Positions 28,342-38,250 of a stretch of DNA of 64,000 bases are shown piece by piece; positions within the stretch are counted from its first letter, which is position 1; each line of letters starts with the position of its first letter. The position numbers were made by a program, and so were the translations under genes. The notes under the pieces were generated by a model. The model searched no databases and was not told the origin of the DNA. It worked only from the letters and a program-made list of their open reading frames with translations. The stretch is from Ornithinibacter sp. (GTDB lineage: Bacteria; Actinomycetota; Actinomycetes; Actinomycetales; Dermatophilaceae), in contig JAQSWG010000034.1 of NCBI GenBank assembly GCA_029266735.1, positions 9,694-73,693 on the forward strand. Reading direction: 5' to 3'.

Positions 28342-29022
28342 GTGAGAGCCGGACCCCTGCTCGACCACGCACCGCGGGAGGGGGTGCGCACGTTCACGCC
28401 GCGCTGGCGGAACAGCGCGCTGACCGACTCGCGCATGGCGAACCTCCTGCCGGCTCGCGCCCTGCCTGAGGGTCCGCTCGTCCCGAGCGTGGCGTTCGGA
28501 CGGGAGGGGCCCGTCGTCGTGGAGATCGGCTCGGGTCACGGTGCGGCTGCGATCGCCTTCTGCCTGGCGCGCCCCGACGCCGACCTCGTGGCGGTCGACG
28601 TCCACGTCCCGGGCGTCGCCCGCATGCTGGCCGCCGCGCAGGAAGCCGGTGTCGACAACCTCTGGGTCCACCCCGGGGACGCCCTCCCGTTCCTCACCGA
28701 GCGGGTTGCCCCCGACTCGCTCGACGCCGTGCACCTCTTCTTCCCCGACCCCTGGCCCAAGCAGCGGCACGCCAAGCGACGGTTCCTGCAGCAGCACACG
28801 CTCGAGCTGCTCGCGTCCCGGCTCGTGCCCGGCGGTGTGCTGCTCGTCGCCACGGACTCGCAGGCGTATGCCGCGCACGCCCGCTCCCAGCTCGCCCGGC
28901 ACGGCAGGTGGTCGGTCGTCCAGGGCGAACGGCCGGACTGGCGCCCCGACGACGGCTTCGAGGCCAAGGGCGTCCGGGCGGGCCGGGCCGTCACCGAGCT
29001 GGCCTGCACCCTGCGGCCGTAG
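28342..29022 (+). CDS. trmB: tRNA (guanine-N7)-methyltransferase
   Basis: VEIGSGHG, LFFPDPWPKQRHAKRR, ATD, FEAKG. Confidence 0.9.
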   Translation: MRAGPLLDHAPREGVRTFTPRWRNSALTDSRMANLLPARALPEGPLVPSVAFGREGPVVVEIGSGHGAAAIAFCLARPDADLVAVDVHVPGVARMLAAAQEAGVDNLWVHPGDALPFLTERVAPDSLDAVHLFFPDPWPKQRHAKRRFLQQHTLELLASRLVPGGVLLVATDSQAYAAHARSQLARHGRWSVVQGERPDWRPDDGFEAKGVRAGRAVTELACTLRP

Positions 29023-29030
29023 CCGTCTCG

Positions 29031-29104
29031 TCGGGGTAGCCGGATTTGAACCGGCGGCCTTCCGCTCCCAAAGCGGACGCGCTACCAACCTGCGCCATAC
29101 CCCG
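29031..29104 (-). tRNA. tRNA-Pro (TGG)
   Basis: CGGGGTATGGCGCAGGTTGGTAGCGCGTCCGC-TTTGGGA-GCGGA...GGTTCAAATCCGGCTACCCCGA; CCA not encoded. Confidence 0.95.
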
Positions 29105-29211
29105 CGGCCCTGGGCACCGGCACACGTCATCGAGTCGATGATCGGATTTCGGATCCCGCAAGCGCGGCCACTAGGCTAGCGCTGCCCTCGGGGTGACAGC
29201 TCACGAGGTGT

Positions 29212-29285
29212 GCGGGTGTAGCTCAATGGTAGAGCCCCAGTCTTCCAAACTGGCTACGCGAGTTCGATTCTCGTCACCCGCTCCA
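29212..29285 (+). tRNA. tRNA-Gly (TCC)
   Basis: GCGGGTGTAGCTCAATGGTAGAGCCCCAGT-CTTCCAA-ACTGG...GTTCGATTC...CACCCGCTCCA. Confidence 0.97.
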
Positions 29286-29523
29286 GCGCCCCGGACATCG
29301 GCCGGAGGTCTGCGGTGATGCGTCGGACGCCGCGCCGACCCGAAGGGCCGGGACCAGCGCCCGCCGTCGATTGGGTGCGCCCCAGCGCGGCCGCTAGCAT
29401 GGGCCCTTGGTGCCGATCCGGTGTGCCGCACCACCGCGTGCCGCTGGAAGGCCCGGTCCGCTGAGACCGGCCCGCACGGCATCCGAACTGATTCCCCGAC
29501 CCCCATGCTGTGGAGTGCCTGAA

Positions 29524-30903
29524 GTGAAGAGTGCCGTCGAGACCCTCAGTCCGACCCGGGTGAAGCTCACCGTCGAGGTGGCCTTCGAGGAGCTGAAGCC
29601 GATGCTCGACGAGGCCTACCGCACCATCGGGGCCTCCGTGCAGATCCCCGGCTTCCGCAAGGGCAAGGTCCCGAGCCGGATCATCGACCAGCGGGTGGGG
29701 CGGGGCGCCGTCGTCCAGGAGGCCGTCAACGAGGCGCTTCCGCGGTTCTTCGCCGAGGCCGCCGAGGCGGAGAACGTCCGCGTCATCGGAAAGCCCGAGG
29801 TCGACGTGACCGCGGTGCCGCTCGAGGAGGGACAGGACCTCGAGTTCACCGTGGAGACCGACGTCCGACCCGAGATCGAGCTGCCCGACCTCGAGGGCAT
29901 CGCCGTCGAGGTCGACGAGGTCACCGCGTCGGAGGAGGACATCGAGGAGCGGCTCACCGCACTGCGTGAGCGCTTCGGCTCCCTCGTCGGCGTCGAGCGG
30001 GCCGTCGAGGACGGCGACTTCGTGAGCATCGACCTCTCCGCCCGCATCGGCGACGAGGAGATCGACTCGGTGACCGGGGTGTCCTACGAGGTGGGTTCCA
30101 ACAACATGCTCGAGGGGCTGGACGAGGCGCTCCTCGGCATGAGTGCGGACGAGAGCACCACGTTCACCGCCCCCCTGGCCGGCGGCGACCACGAGGGCGA
30201 GGAGGCCGAGTGCTTCGTCACGGTGCAGTCCGTGAAGGTGCGAGAGCTGCCCGAGCTGGATGACGAGTTCGCCCAGCTCGCGTCCGAGTTCGACACCCTC
30301 GAGGACCTCCGCGTCGACGTCAGCAGGCAGGCCGAGCAGGCGAAGAAGTACGAGCAGGGTATCCAGGCCCGCGACAAGCTCCTCGAGCAGCTTCTCGAGG
30401 CCGTCGACGTCCCGGTTCCGGACGGCATCGTGGAGGCGGAGGTCCACCAGCACCTCGAGGGGGAGAACCGGCTCGACGACGACGAGCACCGGGCCGAGGT
30501 CCAGGAGAGCACCCGCCGCGCGCTGCGCGCCCAGTTCCTCCTCGACGCCGTCGCCGAGAAGCTCGAGGTCCGTGTCGAGCAGCCGGAGCTCATCGAGTAC
30601 CTCGTGATGAGCGCGCAGCAGTACGGCATGGACCCCAACGAGTTCGCCCAGGCGATCGACCAGCAGGGCCAGATCCCCTCGATCGTCCAGGAGGTGGCCC
30701 GGCGGAAGGCGCTCGCGGCCGTCCTCGACCAGGCGAGGGTCACCGACAGCGCCGGTGCCCAGATCGACCTCGACGAGCTCGTCCCGCAACCCCAGACGGA
30801 GCCGGTGTTCGCGGAGGCCGCCGAGGACGCCAGCTCGACAGCCGAGGCGGACGTTCCCCCCACGGATGCCGAGCTCGCCGCCGACGGGGCCGCGAAGGCC
30901 TGA
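29524..30903 (+). CDS. tig: Trigger factor
   Basis: KSAVETLSPTRVKLTVEV, IPGFRKGKVP, FKBP-like domain. Confidence 0.95.
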   Translation: MKSAVETLSPTRVKLTVEVAFEELKPMLDEAYRTIGASVQIPGFRKGKVPSRIIDQRVGRGAVVQEAVNEALPRFFAEAAEAENVRVIGKPEVDVTAVPLEEGQDLEFTVETDVRPEIELPDLEGIAVEVDEVTASEEDIEERLTALRERFGSLVGVERAVEDGDFVSIDLSARIGDEEIDSVTGVSYEVGSNNMLEGLDEALLGMSADESTTFTAPLAGGDHEGEEAECFVTVQSVKVRELPELDDEFAQLASEFDTLEDLRVDVSRQAEQAKKYEQGIQARDKLLEQLLEAVDVPVPDGIVEAEVHQHLEGENRLDDDEHRAEVQESTRRALRAQFLLDAVAEKLEVRVEQPELIEYLVMSAQQYGMDPNEFAQAIDQQGQIPSIVQEVARRKALAAVLDQARVTDSAGAQIDLDELVPQPQTEPVFAEAAEDASSTAEADVPPTDAELAADGAAKA

Positions 30904-30927
30904 CGAGGCCGTCGCCCGCAGAACCGC

Positions 30928-30967
30928 TGAGAACCCGCCCCCGACGCCTGTCGGGGGCGGGTTCTCA
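30928..30967. terminator. Bidirectional terminator-like hairpin
   Basis: Perfect 18-bp inverted repeat TGAGAACCCGCCCCCGAC-gcct-GTCGGGGGCGGGTTCTCA between convergent tig and lacI. Confidence 0.8.
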
Positions 30968-32080
30968 CGTCTCGGTCGCGGCGACCGGACCGCGCGGCGC
31001 TGACAGCGGTGGGGCGGACGTCGTGCCCACGCTCAGTCGGACCTCGAACGGCTCGTCCCCGACCGGACGGCCCTCGATGGCACGGCGGACCAGTCGCCCC
31101 ATGCGCCGGCCCTTCTCCGCGCCCGGCTGCACGACGGTCGTGAGCACGTGGTCGAGCCACGGGATCTCCACGCCGTCGAAGCCGGTCACCGTGAGGTCCT
31201 CGGGCACCCGGATGGACAGCGACTCCGCGGCGCGGACCACGCCGGCGGCGAGCAGGTCGGCCTGCGCCACGACGGCGGTGGGTCGGTCTCCGACCGGCCG
31301 GTCGAGGAGGAGCCGGGCCGCCGCCTCGCCGGCCTCCACGGTGAGGTCGTGCGCCTGGACGATCGGCGCATCGTCGCCGACGATCGACCGGAACCCGGCC
31401 ACGCGCCCTGCGGCGTCAGGGTATGCCGCCTCCCGGACGTCCTCGTCGGTCACCCACCCGGTCCCCGACGAGGGCCGGAGAGGCATGGTGAGGTGGGCGA
31501 TGCGCGAGTGCCCGAGGTCCACGACGTGCCGGGTCACGAGGGCCATGGCCGCGCTCTCGTCGGTGAGGACGTGAGCGACGTCGGGGTGCAGCGGGGCGCC
31601 GCCGGCGACCAGCGGTATGCCCCGGGCCCTGAGGTGGCCGACGAGGGGGTTGTCGCGGTGGCCGCACAGGGGGAAGACCGCGGCGTCGACGGCCTGGGTG
31701 GCGAGCTGGGCGACTGCGCGCTCGGGATCGTCGAGCGGCTGCGCGACGAGGAGCATGGTTCGTCCTGCCGCGTCGAGCTCCTCGGCCAGACCGTCGAGGA
31801 CCGCCAGGGCGAAGGGGTCGTGGAAGGCGTACCGCAGTGGCCCTTCGACGACGACCGCGACAGTGCCGACCCGGCCCTGGCGCAGCGACGAGGCGAGAGG
31901 GTCCGGACCGGCATACGCGAGGGCGCCGGCCGCGGCCCGAACCCGGTCGGCGGTCGCCGAGGCGACCGGTCCCTTGCCGCTGAAGACGAGGGAGGCGGTG
32001 GACGTCGACACCCCGGCTCGCCGCGCGACGTCGCGCAGGGTCGGCCGACGGGGCGGCCTGGTTTGACGTCGCGAGTCCAT
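30965..32080 (-). CDS. LacI family transcriptional regulator
   Basis: TLRDVARRAGVSTSTASLVFSG, DLTVTGFDG, LTTVVQP; TATTGT 7 nt before the ATG. Confidence 0.92.
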   Translation of the reverse strand: MDSRRQTRPPRRPTLRDVARRAGVSTSTASLVFSGKGPVASATADRVRAAAGALAYAGPDPLASSLRQGRVGTVAVVVEGPLRYAFHDPFALAVLDGLAEELDAAGRTMLLVAQPLDDPERAVAQLATQAVDAAVFPLCGHRDNPLVGHLRARGIPLVAGGAPLHPDVAHVLTDESAAMALVTRHVVDLGHSRIAHLTMPLRPSSGTGWVTDEDVREAAYPDAAGRVAGFRSIVGDDAPIVQAHDLTVEAGEAAARLLLDRPVGDRPTAVVAQADLLAAGVVRAAESLSIRVPEDLTVTGFDGVEIPWLDHVLTTVVQPGAEKGRRMGRLVRRAIEGRPVGDEPFEVRLSVGTTSAPPLSAPRGPVAATET

Positions 32081-32093
32081 GCGGTCCACAATA

Positions 32094-32121
32094 TCGAATC
32101 GATTCGATCGAATCGATTCGA
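32094..32121. promoter_or_regulatory. Tandem pair of perfect 14-bp palindromes TCGAATCGATTCGA, candidate LacI operators
   Basis: Exact copies at 32094-32107 and 32108-32121 between the divergent lacI and MFS genes; central CG typical of LacI operators. Confidence 0.8.
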
Positions 32122-32171
32122 CCCGCCGCTTCGGGCGCACCGGCGATCCCCTGCGCCGACCACGACCTCGG

Positions 32172-33395
32172 ATGGAGCTGACGTTGTCCGCCACCCCCAC
32201 GACGACGGTGACCCTTCGTGAGCTCCCGCGCCACCGGGTGACGAGTGCCCGCACGGCGGTGTTCGTGGCCTTCGCGCTCGCCGGGCTCGTCTTCGCCTCC
32301 TGGGCGTCACGGATCGCGGACACCAAGGCCGCCCTCGGGCTCACCGCCGGCGAGCTCGGTGTGACGCTCCTGGCCGCCAGCGTGGGTTCGGTGACCGGTC
32401 TGCCGCTCGCCGGCCGGGTGTCCGACCGGATCGGTGCGACGAGGACCGTCGGGACGGGGATGGGACTGGCGCTCGCCGGCCTGCTCGCTGTGGCCCTCGT
32501 CGTCGACGCCCGTGGCCCTCGGCTCGCCCTCGCGGCCGGGCTCTTCCTCATCGGTCTTGGCGTCGGGTTCTGGGACGTCGCGATGAACCTCGAAGGTGCC
32601 GACGTCGAGCGGCACCTCGGCGAGTCGGTCATGCCGCGGTTCCACGCGGCCTTCAGCGGGGGCACCGTCGTCTCGGCGCTCGTCGGGTCCGCGATGTCGT
32701 GGGGGGAGGTGTCCCTGTTCGTGCACTTCCTCGGCGCCACCCTGGTGAGCGCGGGATTCGCGGTGTGGGCGCTGCCCCGGTTCCTGCCGCGCGCCGCCGA
32801 GCACCACGCACAGGCCAAGGCGGCTCGCTCGAAGCACCGTTCCGCGTGGCTCGAGCCACGGACCCTTCTCGTGGGAGTCGTCGTCTTCGCATCGGCCTTC
32901 ACCGAGGGGACGGCCAACGACTGGCTGGCGGTCGCGTTCGTCGAGGGACACGGCCTCCCCGCGTGGGCCGGCGTCCTCGGCTTCGCGACCTTCCTCACCT
33001 TCATGACCCTCGCGCGACTCGTCGGCACCCGTCTCCTCGACCGGCACGGGCGCGTGCCCGTCCTCCGGGTGAGCTTCGCGCTCGCTGCGGCCGGTGCGGC
33101 CCTCGTCATCCTCGGTACCCCGTGGCTCGCCTTCGTCGGTGCCGCGGTCTGGGGCGTCGGCGCGGCCCTGGGGTTCCCCGTCGGCATGAGCGCGTCGGCC
33201 GACGAGCCCGCACGGGCCGCAGCCAGGATGTCGGTCGTCGCGACGATCGGCTACGTGGCGTTCATCGCCGGACCGCCTGTCCTCGGCTTCCTCGGTGACC
33301 ACGTCGGGGTGCTCCGCTCCCTCACGGTCGTGGGTGCACTCGCCCTTCTCGCCCTTGCCGTCGTCCCCTCCGTGCGCGAGCCCGCATCCCGGTGA
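32172..33395 (+). CDS. MFS transporter
   Basis: About 12 hydrophobic segments, GRVSDRIG and RLLDRHGR loop motifs, MPRFHAAFS, EGTANDW. Confidence 0.9.
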   Translation: MELTLSATPTTTVTLRELPRHRVTSARTAVFVAFALAGLVFASWASRIADTKAALGLTAGELGVTLLAASVGSVTGLPLAGRVSDRIGATRTVGTGMGLALAGLLAVALVVDARGPRLALAAGLFLIGLGVGFWDVAMNLEGADVERHLGESVMPRFHAAFSGGTVVSALVGSAMSWGEVSLFVHFLGATLVSAGFAVWALPRFLPRAAEHHAQAKAARSKHRSAWLEPRTLLVGVVVFASAFTEGTANDWLAVAFVEGHGLPAWAGVLGFATFLTFMTLARLVGTRLLDRHGRVPVLRVSFALAAAGAALVILGTPWLAFVGAAVWGVGAALGFPVGMSASADEPARAAARMSVVATIGYVAFIAGPPVLGFLGDHVGVLRSLTVVGALALLALAVVPSVREPASR

Positions 33396-33502
33396 CCACC
33401 GCCGCTCACCCCTCGGGGGTGATGCGGCGGCTGCGGCGTCGAGCGAGTATGGCGGGCGCAGGGCCTGGTCAGCAGCGCCCGCGGTCTCCGAAGGCGGGAA
33501 GC

Positions 33503-34051
33503 ATGCTCGGGCGTGACAGGCGAGAGGGTCGCCGCGAGGAGCGGCAGGCCTTCGGCAGGGGCGGGGCCGCCACCCGCTACCAGATGCGCTCCAAGCTGCT
33601 CTCGATCGGGGACGACAGCTGGATCGAGGACGAGTCCGGGCGCCGGGTCTTCAAGGTCGACGGCAAGGCGCTGCGGGTCCGCAAGACCCTCGTCCTGGAG
33701 GACGCGCAGGGCAACGAGCGGCTGAGGATCCAGGACCGCCCGATCCACCTGCGTGACGTCATGGAGATCGAGGGACCCGACGGATCCTCCCTCGCCACGG
33801 TGAAGAAGGCGATGATCACGCCGCTGCGCGACCGCTTCACCATCGACGTCACCGGAGGCCCTGAGCTGTCGGCCCACGGCAACATCGTCGACCACGAGTT
33901 CGAGATCGAGGCCGAGGGCACGAAGGTCGCCGAGATCTCGAAGAAGTGGTTCCGAGTCCGCGACACCTACGGCGTCGAGGTGGCGCCCGGCCAGGACGAC
34001 GCCCTGATCCTGGCCGTCACCGTCTGCATCGACGAGCTCGCGTCGCACTGA
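33503..34051 (+). CDS. LURP-one/scramblase (tubby C-terminal-like) protein
   Basis: YQMRSKLLSIGDDSWIEDE, GNIVDHEFEI, ISKKWFRVRDTYGVEV; start uncertain. Confidence 0.8.
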   Translation: MLGRDRREGRREERQAFGRGGAATRYQMRSKLLSIGDDSWIEDESGRRVFKVDGKALRVRKTLVLEDAQGNERLRIQDRPIHLRDVMEIEGPDGSSLATVKKAMITPLRDRFTIDVTGGPELSAHGNIVDHEFEIEAEGTKVAEISKKWFRVRDTYGVEVAPGQDDALILAVTVCIDELASH

Positions 34052-34146
34052 CGTGAGTGCGCCGCGCCGTGGTGCCTCAACGACCACCGGCACCACCAGC
34101 GCTACGCTCACCACCAACACCACCACCTGAAAGGTGACTCAAGAAG

Positions 34147-34545
34147 ATGGGTACCAACAACATCGACAGCTTCTGGGACGTTCTGCTCTGGAGCTTCTGG
34201 ATCTTCATCTGGGTCGCGGCGATCATGATCTGGTTCCGCTGCGTGTTCGACCTGTTCAGCGACAACACGCTGAGCGGGTGGGGCAAGGCCGGCTGGGCGA
34301 TCCTGCTGATCTTCGTCCCGTGGCTCGGCGCGCTGATCTACCTCATCGTCCGCGGTCGGAGCATGGCCGAGCGCCAGATGGCCGCCGCCGCCGACGCCCA
34401 GGTGCAGCAGGAGAAGTACATCAAGTCGGTCGCGGCCTCCTCGGCGAGCCCGGCGGAGCAGATCACCCACGCCAAGTCCCTGCTCGACTCCGGCACGATC
34501 ACCCAGCAGGAGTTCGACTCCCTCAAGGCCAAGGCACTCGCCTGA
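34147..34545 (+). CDS. PLDc_N + SHOCT domain membrane protein
   Basis: DLFSDNTLSGWGKAGWAILLIFVPWLGALIYLIVRG; C-terminal AKSLLDSGTITQQEFDSLKAKAL. Confidence 0.85.
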   Translation: MGTNNIDSFWDVLLWSFWIFIWVAAIMIWFRCVFDLFSDNTLSGWGKAGWAILLIFVPWLGALIYLIVRGRSMAERQMAAAADAQVQQEKYIKSVAASSASPAEQITHAKSLLDSGTITQQEFDSLKAKALA

Positions 34546-34558
34546 CCTGAGTACCCAC

Positions 34559-34594
34559 GAGCGGGGGCGGAGCCACACGGCTCCGCCCCCGCTC
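34559..34594 (+). terminator. GC-rich hairpin after the SHOCT gene
   Basis: GAGCGGGGGCGGAGCC-acac-GGCTCCGCCCCCGCTC, 16-bp stem. Confidence 0.7.
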
Positions 34595-34630
34595 GCGTGC
34601 GCGCGGTGGCGACCCGTGCGCGGCATCCGC

Positions 34631-34648
34631 GTTGTGCTCAGGGCGAAC
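34631..34648 (+). promoter_or_regulatory. Candidate ClgR activator site upstream of clpP1
   Basis: GTTGTGCTCAGGGCGAAC resembles GTTCGC-N5-GCGAAC; lies 40 bp upstream of a TAGGGT -10 (34688-34693). Confidence 0.5.
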
Positions 34649-34734
34649 ACGCGTCGGACCGGGGAGTGAGCGACCGCGGTCCGGCGTTAGGGTCACTGAC
34701 ACAGCCGCACCGATCCGACGAGGAGCGACCCAGC

Positions 34735-35361
34735 GTGACCAGCACCGAGATCGCCGCCAACGGCCCGGGCCCCCAGGCCGGGCTGGACGACCACATCTAC
34801 AACCGTCTCCTCAAGGAGCGGATCATCTTCCTCGGGTCCGACGTCCGCGACGACAACGCGAACGCGATCTGCGCCCAGATGCTGCTCCTCGCCGCGGAGG
34901 ACTCCGACAAGGACATCTGGCTCTACATCAACTCGCCGGGTGGCTCGGTCACTGCGGGAATGGCCATCTTCGACACCATGCAGTGGGTCCCGAACGACGT
35001 CGCGACGGTGGCCATGGGAATGGCGGCCTCGATGGGCCAGTTCCTCCTCTCGGCCGGCACCCCCGGAAAGCGCTACGCCACCCCCCATGCGCGGGTCATG
35101 ATGCACCAGCCGTCCGGTGGCATCGGCGGCACGGCGTCCGACATCAAGATCCAGGCCGAACAGCTGCTCCACATCAAGAAGCAGATGGCCGAGCTCATCG
35201 CCCAGCACACGGGTCAGACCATCGAGCAGATCGAGACCGACTCCGACCGCGACCGCTGGTTCACCGCCGCCGAGGCGAAGGACTACGGCTTCGTCGACAA
35301 GGTCATCACGAAGGCCGACATGGCCGGCCCGAAGGCCGACAACCCGGTGACCGCTGACTGA
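34735..35361 (+). CDS. clpP1: ATP-dependent Clp protease proteolytic subunit 1
   Basis: [40 protein letters not shown]. Confidence 0.95.
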   Translation: MTSTEIAANGPGPQAGLDDHIYNRLLKERIIFLGSDVRDDNANAICAQMLLLAAEDSDKDIWLYINSPGGSVTAGMAIFDTMQWVPNDVATVAMGMAASMGQFLLSAGTPGKRYATPHARVMMHQPSGGIGGTASDIKIQAEQLLHIKKQMAELIAQHTGQTIEQIETDSDRDRWFTAAEAKDYGFVDKVITKADMAGPKADNPVTAD

Positions 35362-35389
35362 CCCGGCCGAGACGACGCGAGAGACAGAC

Positions 35390-36034
35390 ATGAACCCAGA
35401 CCTGACCGGCCGCCTCCACGTGCCCGGCCCCTCCAGCCGCTACATCCTCCCGCAGTTCGAGGAGCGCACGTCGTACGGGATGAAGCGCCTCGACCCCTAC
35501 ACGAAGCTCTTCGAGGACCGCATCATCTTCCTCGGCGTGCAGGTCGACGACGCGTCCGCCGACGACGTCATCGCGCAGCTCATCGTGCTCGAGTCGCAGG
35601 ACCCCGACCGGGACATCCTCATGTACATCAACAGCCCCGGTGGTTCCTTCACGGCGATGACGGCGATCTACGACACGATGCAGTACATCCGTCCCGACGT
35701 GCAGACCTTCGTCATCGGCCAGGCCGCCTCCGCGGCGGCGGTGCTCCTGGGCGCCGGCGCGAAGGGCAAGCGGTTCGCCCTCCCGAACAGCAGGGTGCTC
35801 ATCCACCAGCCCGCGATCGAGGGGACGGGCGGCATGGCGTCCGACCTCGAGATCCACGCCAACGAGATCATCCGGATGCGAGGGTGGCTCGAGGAGACGA
35901 TCGCCCTCCACTCCGGTCGGGACGTGGAGCTCGTGCGCAAGGACATCGAGCGCGACAAGATCCTCTCGGCCGAGGCGGCCAAGGACTACGGCCTCATCGA
36001 CGAGGTCCTCGGCTCCCGCAAGGCCTCCACCTGA
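35390..36034 (+). CDS. clpP2: ATP-dependent Clp protease proteolytic subunit 2
   Basis: [45 protein letters not shown]. Confidence 0.95.
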   Translation: MNPDLTGRLHVPGPSSRYILPQFEERTSYGMKRLDPYTKLFEDRIIFLGVQVDDASADDVIAQLIVLESQDPDRDILMYINSPGGSFTAMTAIYDTMQYIRPDVQTFVIGQAASAAAVLLGAGAKGKRFALPNSRVLIHQPAIEGTGGMASDLEIHANEIIRMRGWLEETIALHSGRDVELVRKDIERDKILSAEAAKDYGLIDEVLGSRKAST

Positions 36035-36058
36035 CGGAGCAACCACCGAACACCCGAC

Positions 36059-36112
36059 GGATGCCGTCCGCTCCCCCTCCGCACAGCGCGGGACCTGGAG
36101 CGGACGGCATCC
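36059..36112. repeat. 16-bp inverted repeat after clpP2
   Basis: GGATGCCGTCCGCTCC (36059-36074) / GGAGCGGACGGCATCC (36097-36112). Confidence 0.75.
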
Positions 36113-36154
36113 CCGTGTGGGGAACCGGACCGTCCGGTATCTCGTCCAAGCGGC

Positions 36155-36802
36155 ATGCCTCGCCGACACCTGTCGAGGACCTCGCGGCTCGTCCACGTCC
36201 TCACGGTCGCTGTCTGCGTGCTTCCGGTCGCGGCTGCCACGCCGTGTGCGGCCTGCTCGTGCGCAGCGGCCACCTCCCTGGCTGACAGCGCTGCCCGCGC
36301 CGATGTCGTCTTCGTCGGCACCTTCGTGGACACCATAGAACCGGTCCCCTCCATTCCCGGGCTCCGCTCCAGCGCGGACGAGGTCGGCCGGGTCTTCGAG
36401 GTCACGGAGGTCAGGAAGGGGGCCGCCGCCGTCCGGACGGAGGTGCGCACGGCCGCAACGGGAGCATCGTGCGGACTCGAGGTCATGGAGGACGGCGTCT
36501 ACGTCGTCGTGGCCACCACGACGCCCACCGGCCTGACCGGTGGGCTGTGCGACGGAACCCGGCTCCTCACCGCGGTCACGGCCTCCGACCTCGACGTCGT
36601 CGGGGCGGCGCAGGCCCCGGGACCGGTTGCCCTGACCGCTGGGTCGCTCGACGTCACGTCGCCCGTTGGCGACGCCCTCGGCTCGCCGCTCGGGCTGGGC
36701 GCCGTGCTCGCGGTGGTGACCGGGCTGATCGCGCTCATGGCCACGCTCGTCGCGCGCCGCCGTCGCAGCGGCTCCGAACCCCCTGGCGACCCGTTGCGCT
36801 GA
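36155..36802 (+). CDS. Secreted, membrane-anchored protein with a TIMP/NTR-like domain
   Basis: Signal peptide followed by CSC, ADVVFVGT, FEVTEVRKG, ASCG, GLCDG; C-terminal TM plus RRRR. Confidence 0.7.
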   Translation: MPRRHLSRTSRLVHVLTVAVCVLPVAAATPCAACSCAAATSLADSAARADVVFVGTFVDTIEPVPSIPGLRSSADEVGRVFEVTEVRKGAAAVRTEVRTAATGASCGLEVMEDGVYVVVATTTPTGLTGGLCDGTRLLTAVTASDLDVVGAAQAPGPVALTAGSLDVTSPVGDALGSPLGLGAVLAVVTGLIALMATLVARRRRSGSEPPGDPLR

Positions 36803-36911
36803 CAGCGGACAAGGGCGACGCGCCCGGCGCGTGCGGGCTTCAATGGGTGCGGTGGGAAAGCCCGGCCGGTAGCGTCGGGCGTGTTGTCCGAGGCGAGGGA
36901 AGGGTGCACCC

Positions 36912-38198
36912 GTGGCACGCGTGGGAGAGACCAGCGACCTGCTGAAGTGCTCCTTCTGTGGCAAGTCGCAGAAGCAGGTCAAGAAGCTCATCGCCGGCCC
37001 GGGCGTCTACATCTGCGACGAGTGCATCGACCTGTGCAACGAGATCATCGAGGAGGAGCTCGCCGAGTCGAGCGAGCTCGGGCTCGACGAGCTCCCCAAG
37101 CCCCGTGAGATCTTCGAGTTCCTCGAGCAGTACGTCATCGGTCAGGACGTCGCCAAGAAGGCACTCGCCGTGGCGGTCTACAACCACTACAAGCGGATCC
37201 AGGCGGGAGAGTCGGCCCTCGGGAAGAAGGACCCCGACCACGTCGACATCGCCAAGTCCAACATCCTCCTCATCGGGCCGACCGGCTGCGGCAAGACCTA
37301 CCTCGCGCAGACGCTCGCGAAGATGCTCAACGTGCCGTTCGCCATCGCCGACGCGACGGCCCTGACCGAGGCGGGATACGTCGGCGAGGACGTCGAGAAC
37401 ATCCTCCTCAAGCTCATCCAGGCGGCGGACTACGACGTCAAGAAGGCCGAGACGGGGATCATCTACATCGACGAGGTCGACAAGATCGCCCGCAAGAGCG
37501 AGAACCCGTCGATCACGCGCGACGTCTCCGGCGAAGGCGTCCAGCAGGCGCTCCTGAAGATCCTCGAGGGCACGACGGCCTCGGTGCCGCCGCAGGGTGG
37601 GCGCAAGCACCCCCACCAGGAGTTCATCCAGATCGACACGACGAACGTCCTGTTCATCGTCGGTGGTGCGTTCGCCGGGCTGGAGAAGCTCGTCGAGTCG
37701 CGCAACGGGAAGAAGGGCCTGGGCTTCGGCTCCGAGCTGCACACACCCAAGGACCTGGCCGAGAGCATCCACGAGGTCATGCCCGAGGACCTCATGAAGT
37801 TCGGGCTCATCCCCGAGTTCATCGGCCGGCTCCCGGTCATCACGACCGTCGCGCCGCTCGACACCTCGTCCCTCGTGCGCATCCTCACCGAACCCCGCAA
37901 CGCGCTCGTCAAGCAGTATCAGAAGATGTTCGAGATCGACGGCGTGGCACTGGAGTTCACCGGGGACGGTGTCGAGGCGGTCGCCGACCAGGCCCTGGCG
38001 CGGGGCATCGGCGCCCGAGGCCTGCGCGCGATCATGGAGGAGGTCCTCCTCCCGGTGATGTTCGACGTGCCGAGCGACGACGAGATCGCCAGGGTCGTCG
38101 TCAGCCGCGACGTCGTCCTCAAGAACGTCAACCCCACGATCGTGCGGCACGACGAGGACACCGGACGCAAGCGGACGCCGCGCAAGCGCTCCGCCTGA
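36912..38198 (+). CDS. clpX: ATP-dependent Clp protease ATP-binding subunit
   Basis: [26 protein letters not shown] zinc domain, [19 protein letters not shown]. Confidence 0.97.
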   Translation: MARVGETSDLLKCSFCGKSQKQVKKLIAGPGVYICDECIDLCNEIIEEELAESSELGLDELPKPREIFEFLEQYVIGQDVAKKALAVAVYNHYKRIQAGESALGKKDPDHVDIAKSNILLIGPTGCGKTYLAQTLAKMLNVPFAIADATALTEAGYVGEDVENILLKLIQAADYDVKKAETGIIYIDEVDKIARKSENPSITRDVSGEGVQQALLKILEGTTASVPPQGGRKHPHQEFIQIDTTNVLFIVGGAFAGLEKLVESRNGKKGLGFGSELHTPKDLAESIHEVMPEDLMKFGLIPEFIGRLPVITTVAPLDTSSLVRILTEPRNALVKQYQKMFEIDGVALEFTGDGVEAVADQALARGIGARGLRAIMEEVLLPVMFDVPSDDEIARVVVSRDVVLKNVNPTIVRHDEDTGRKRTPRKRSA

Positions 38199-38250
38199 CC
38201 TGGGGGGCCGGGCGGCGTTCACCGTCCGTCGTCCGCGCGGTGCAAGATCC

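Noticed and set aside
34080-34130. ACC-rich tract upstream of the SHOCT gene
   Set aside because: Irregular low-complexity leader with no consistent period
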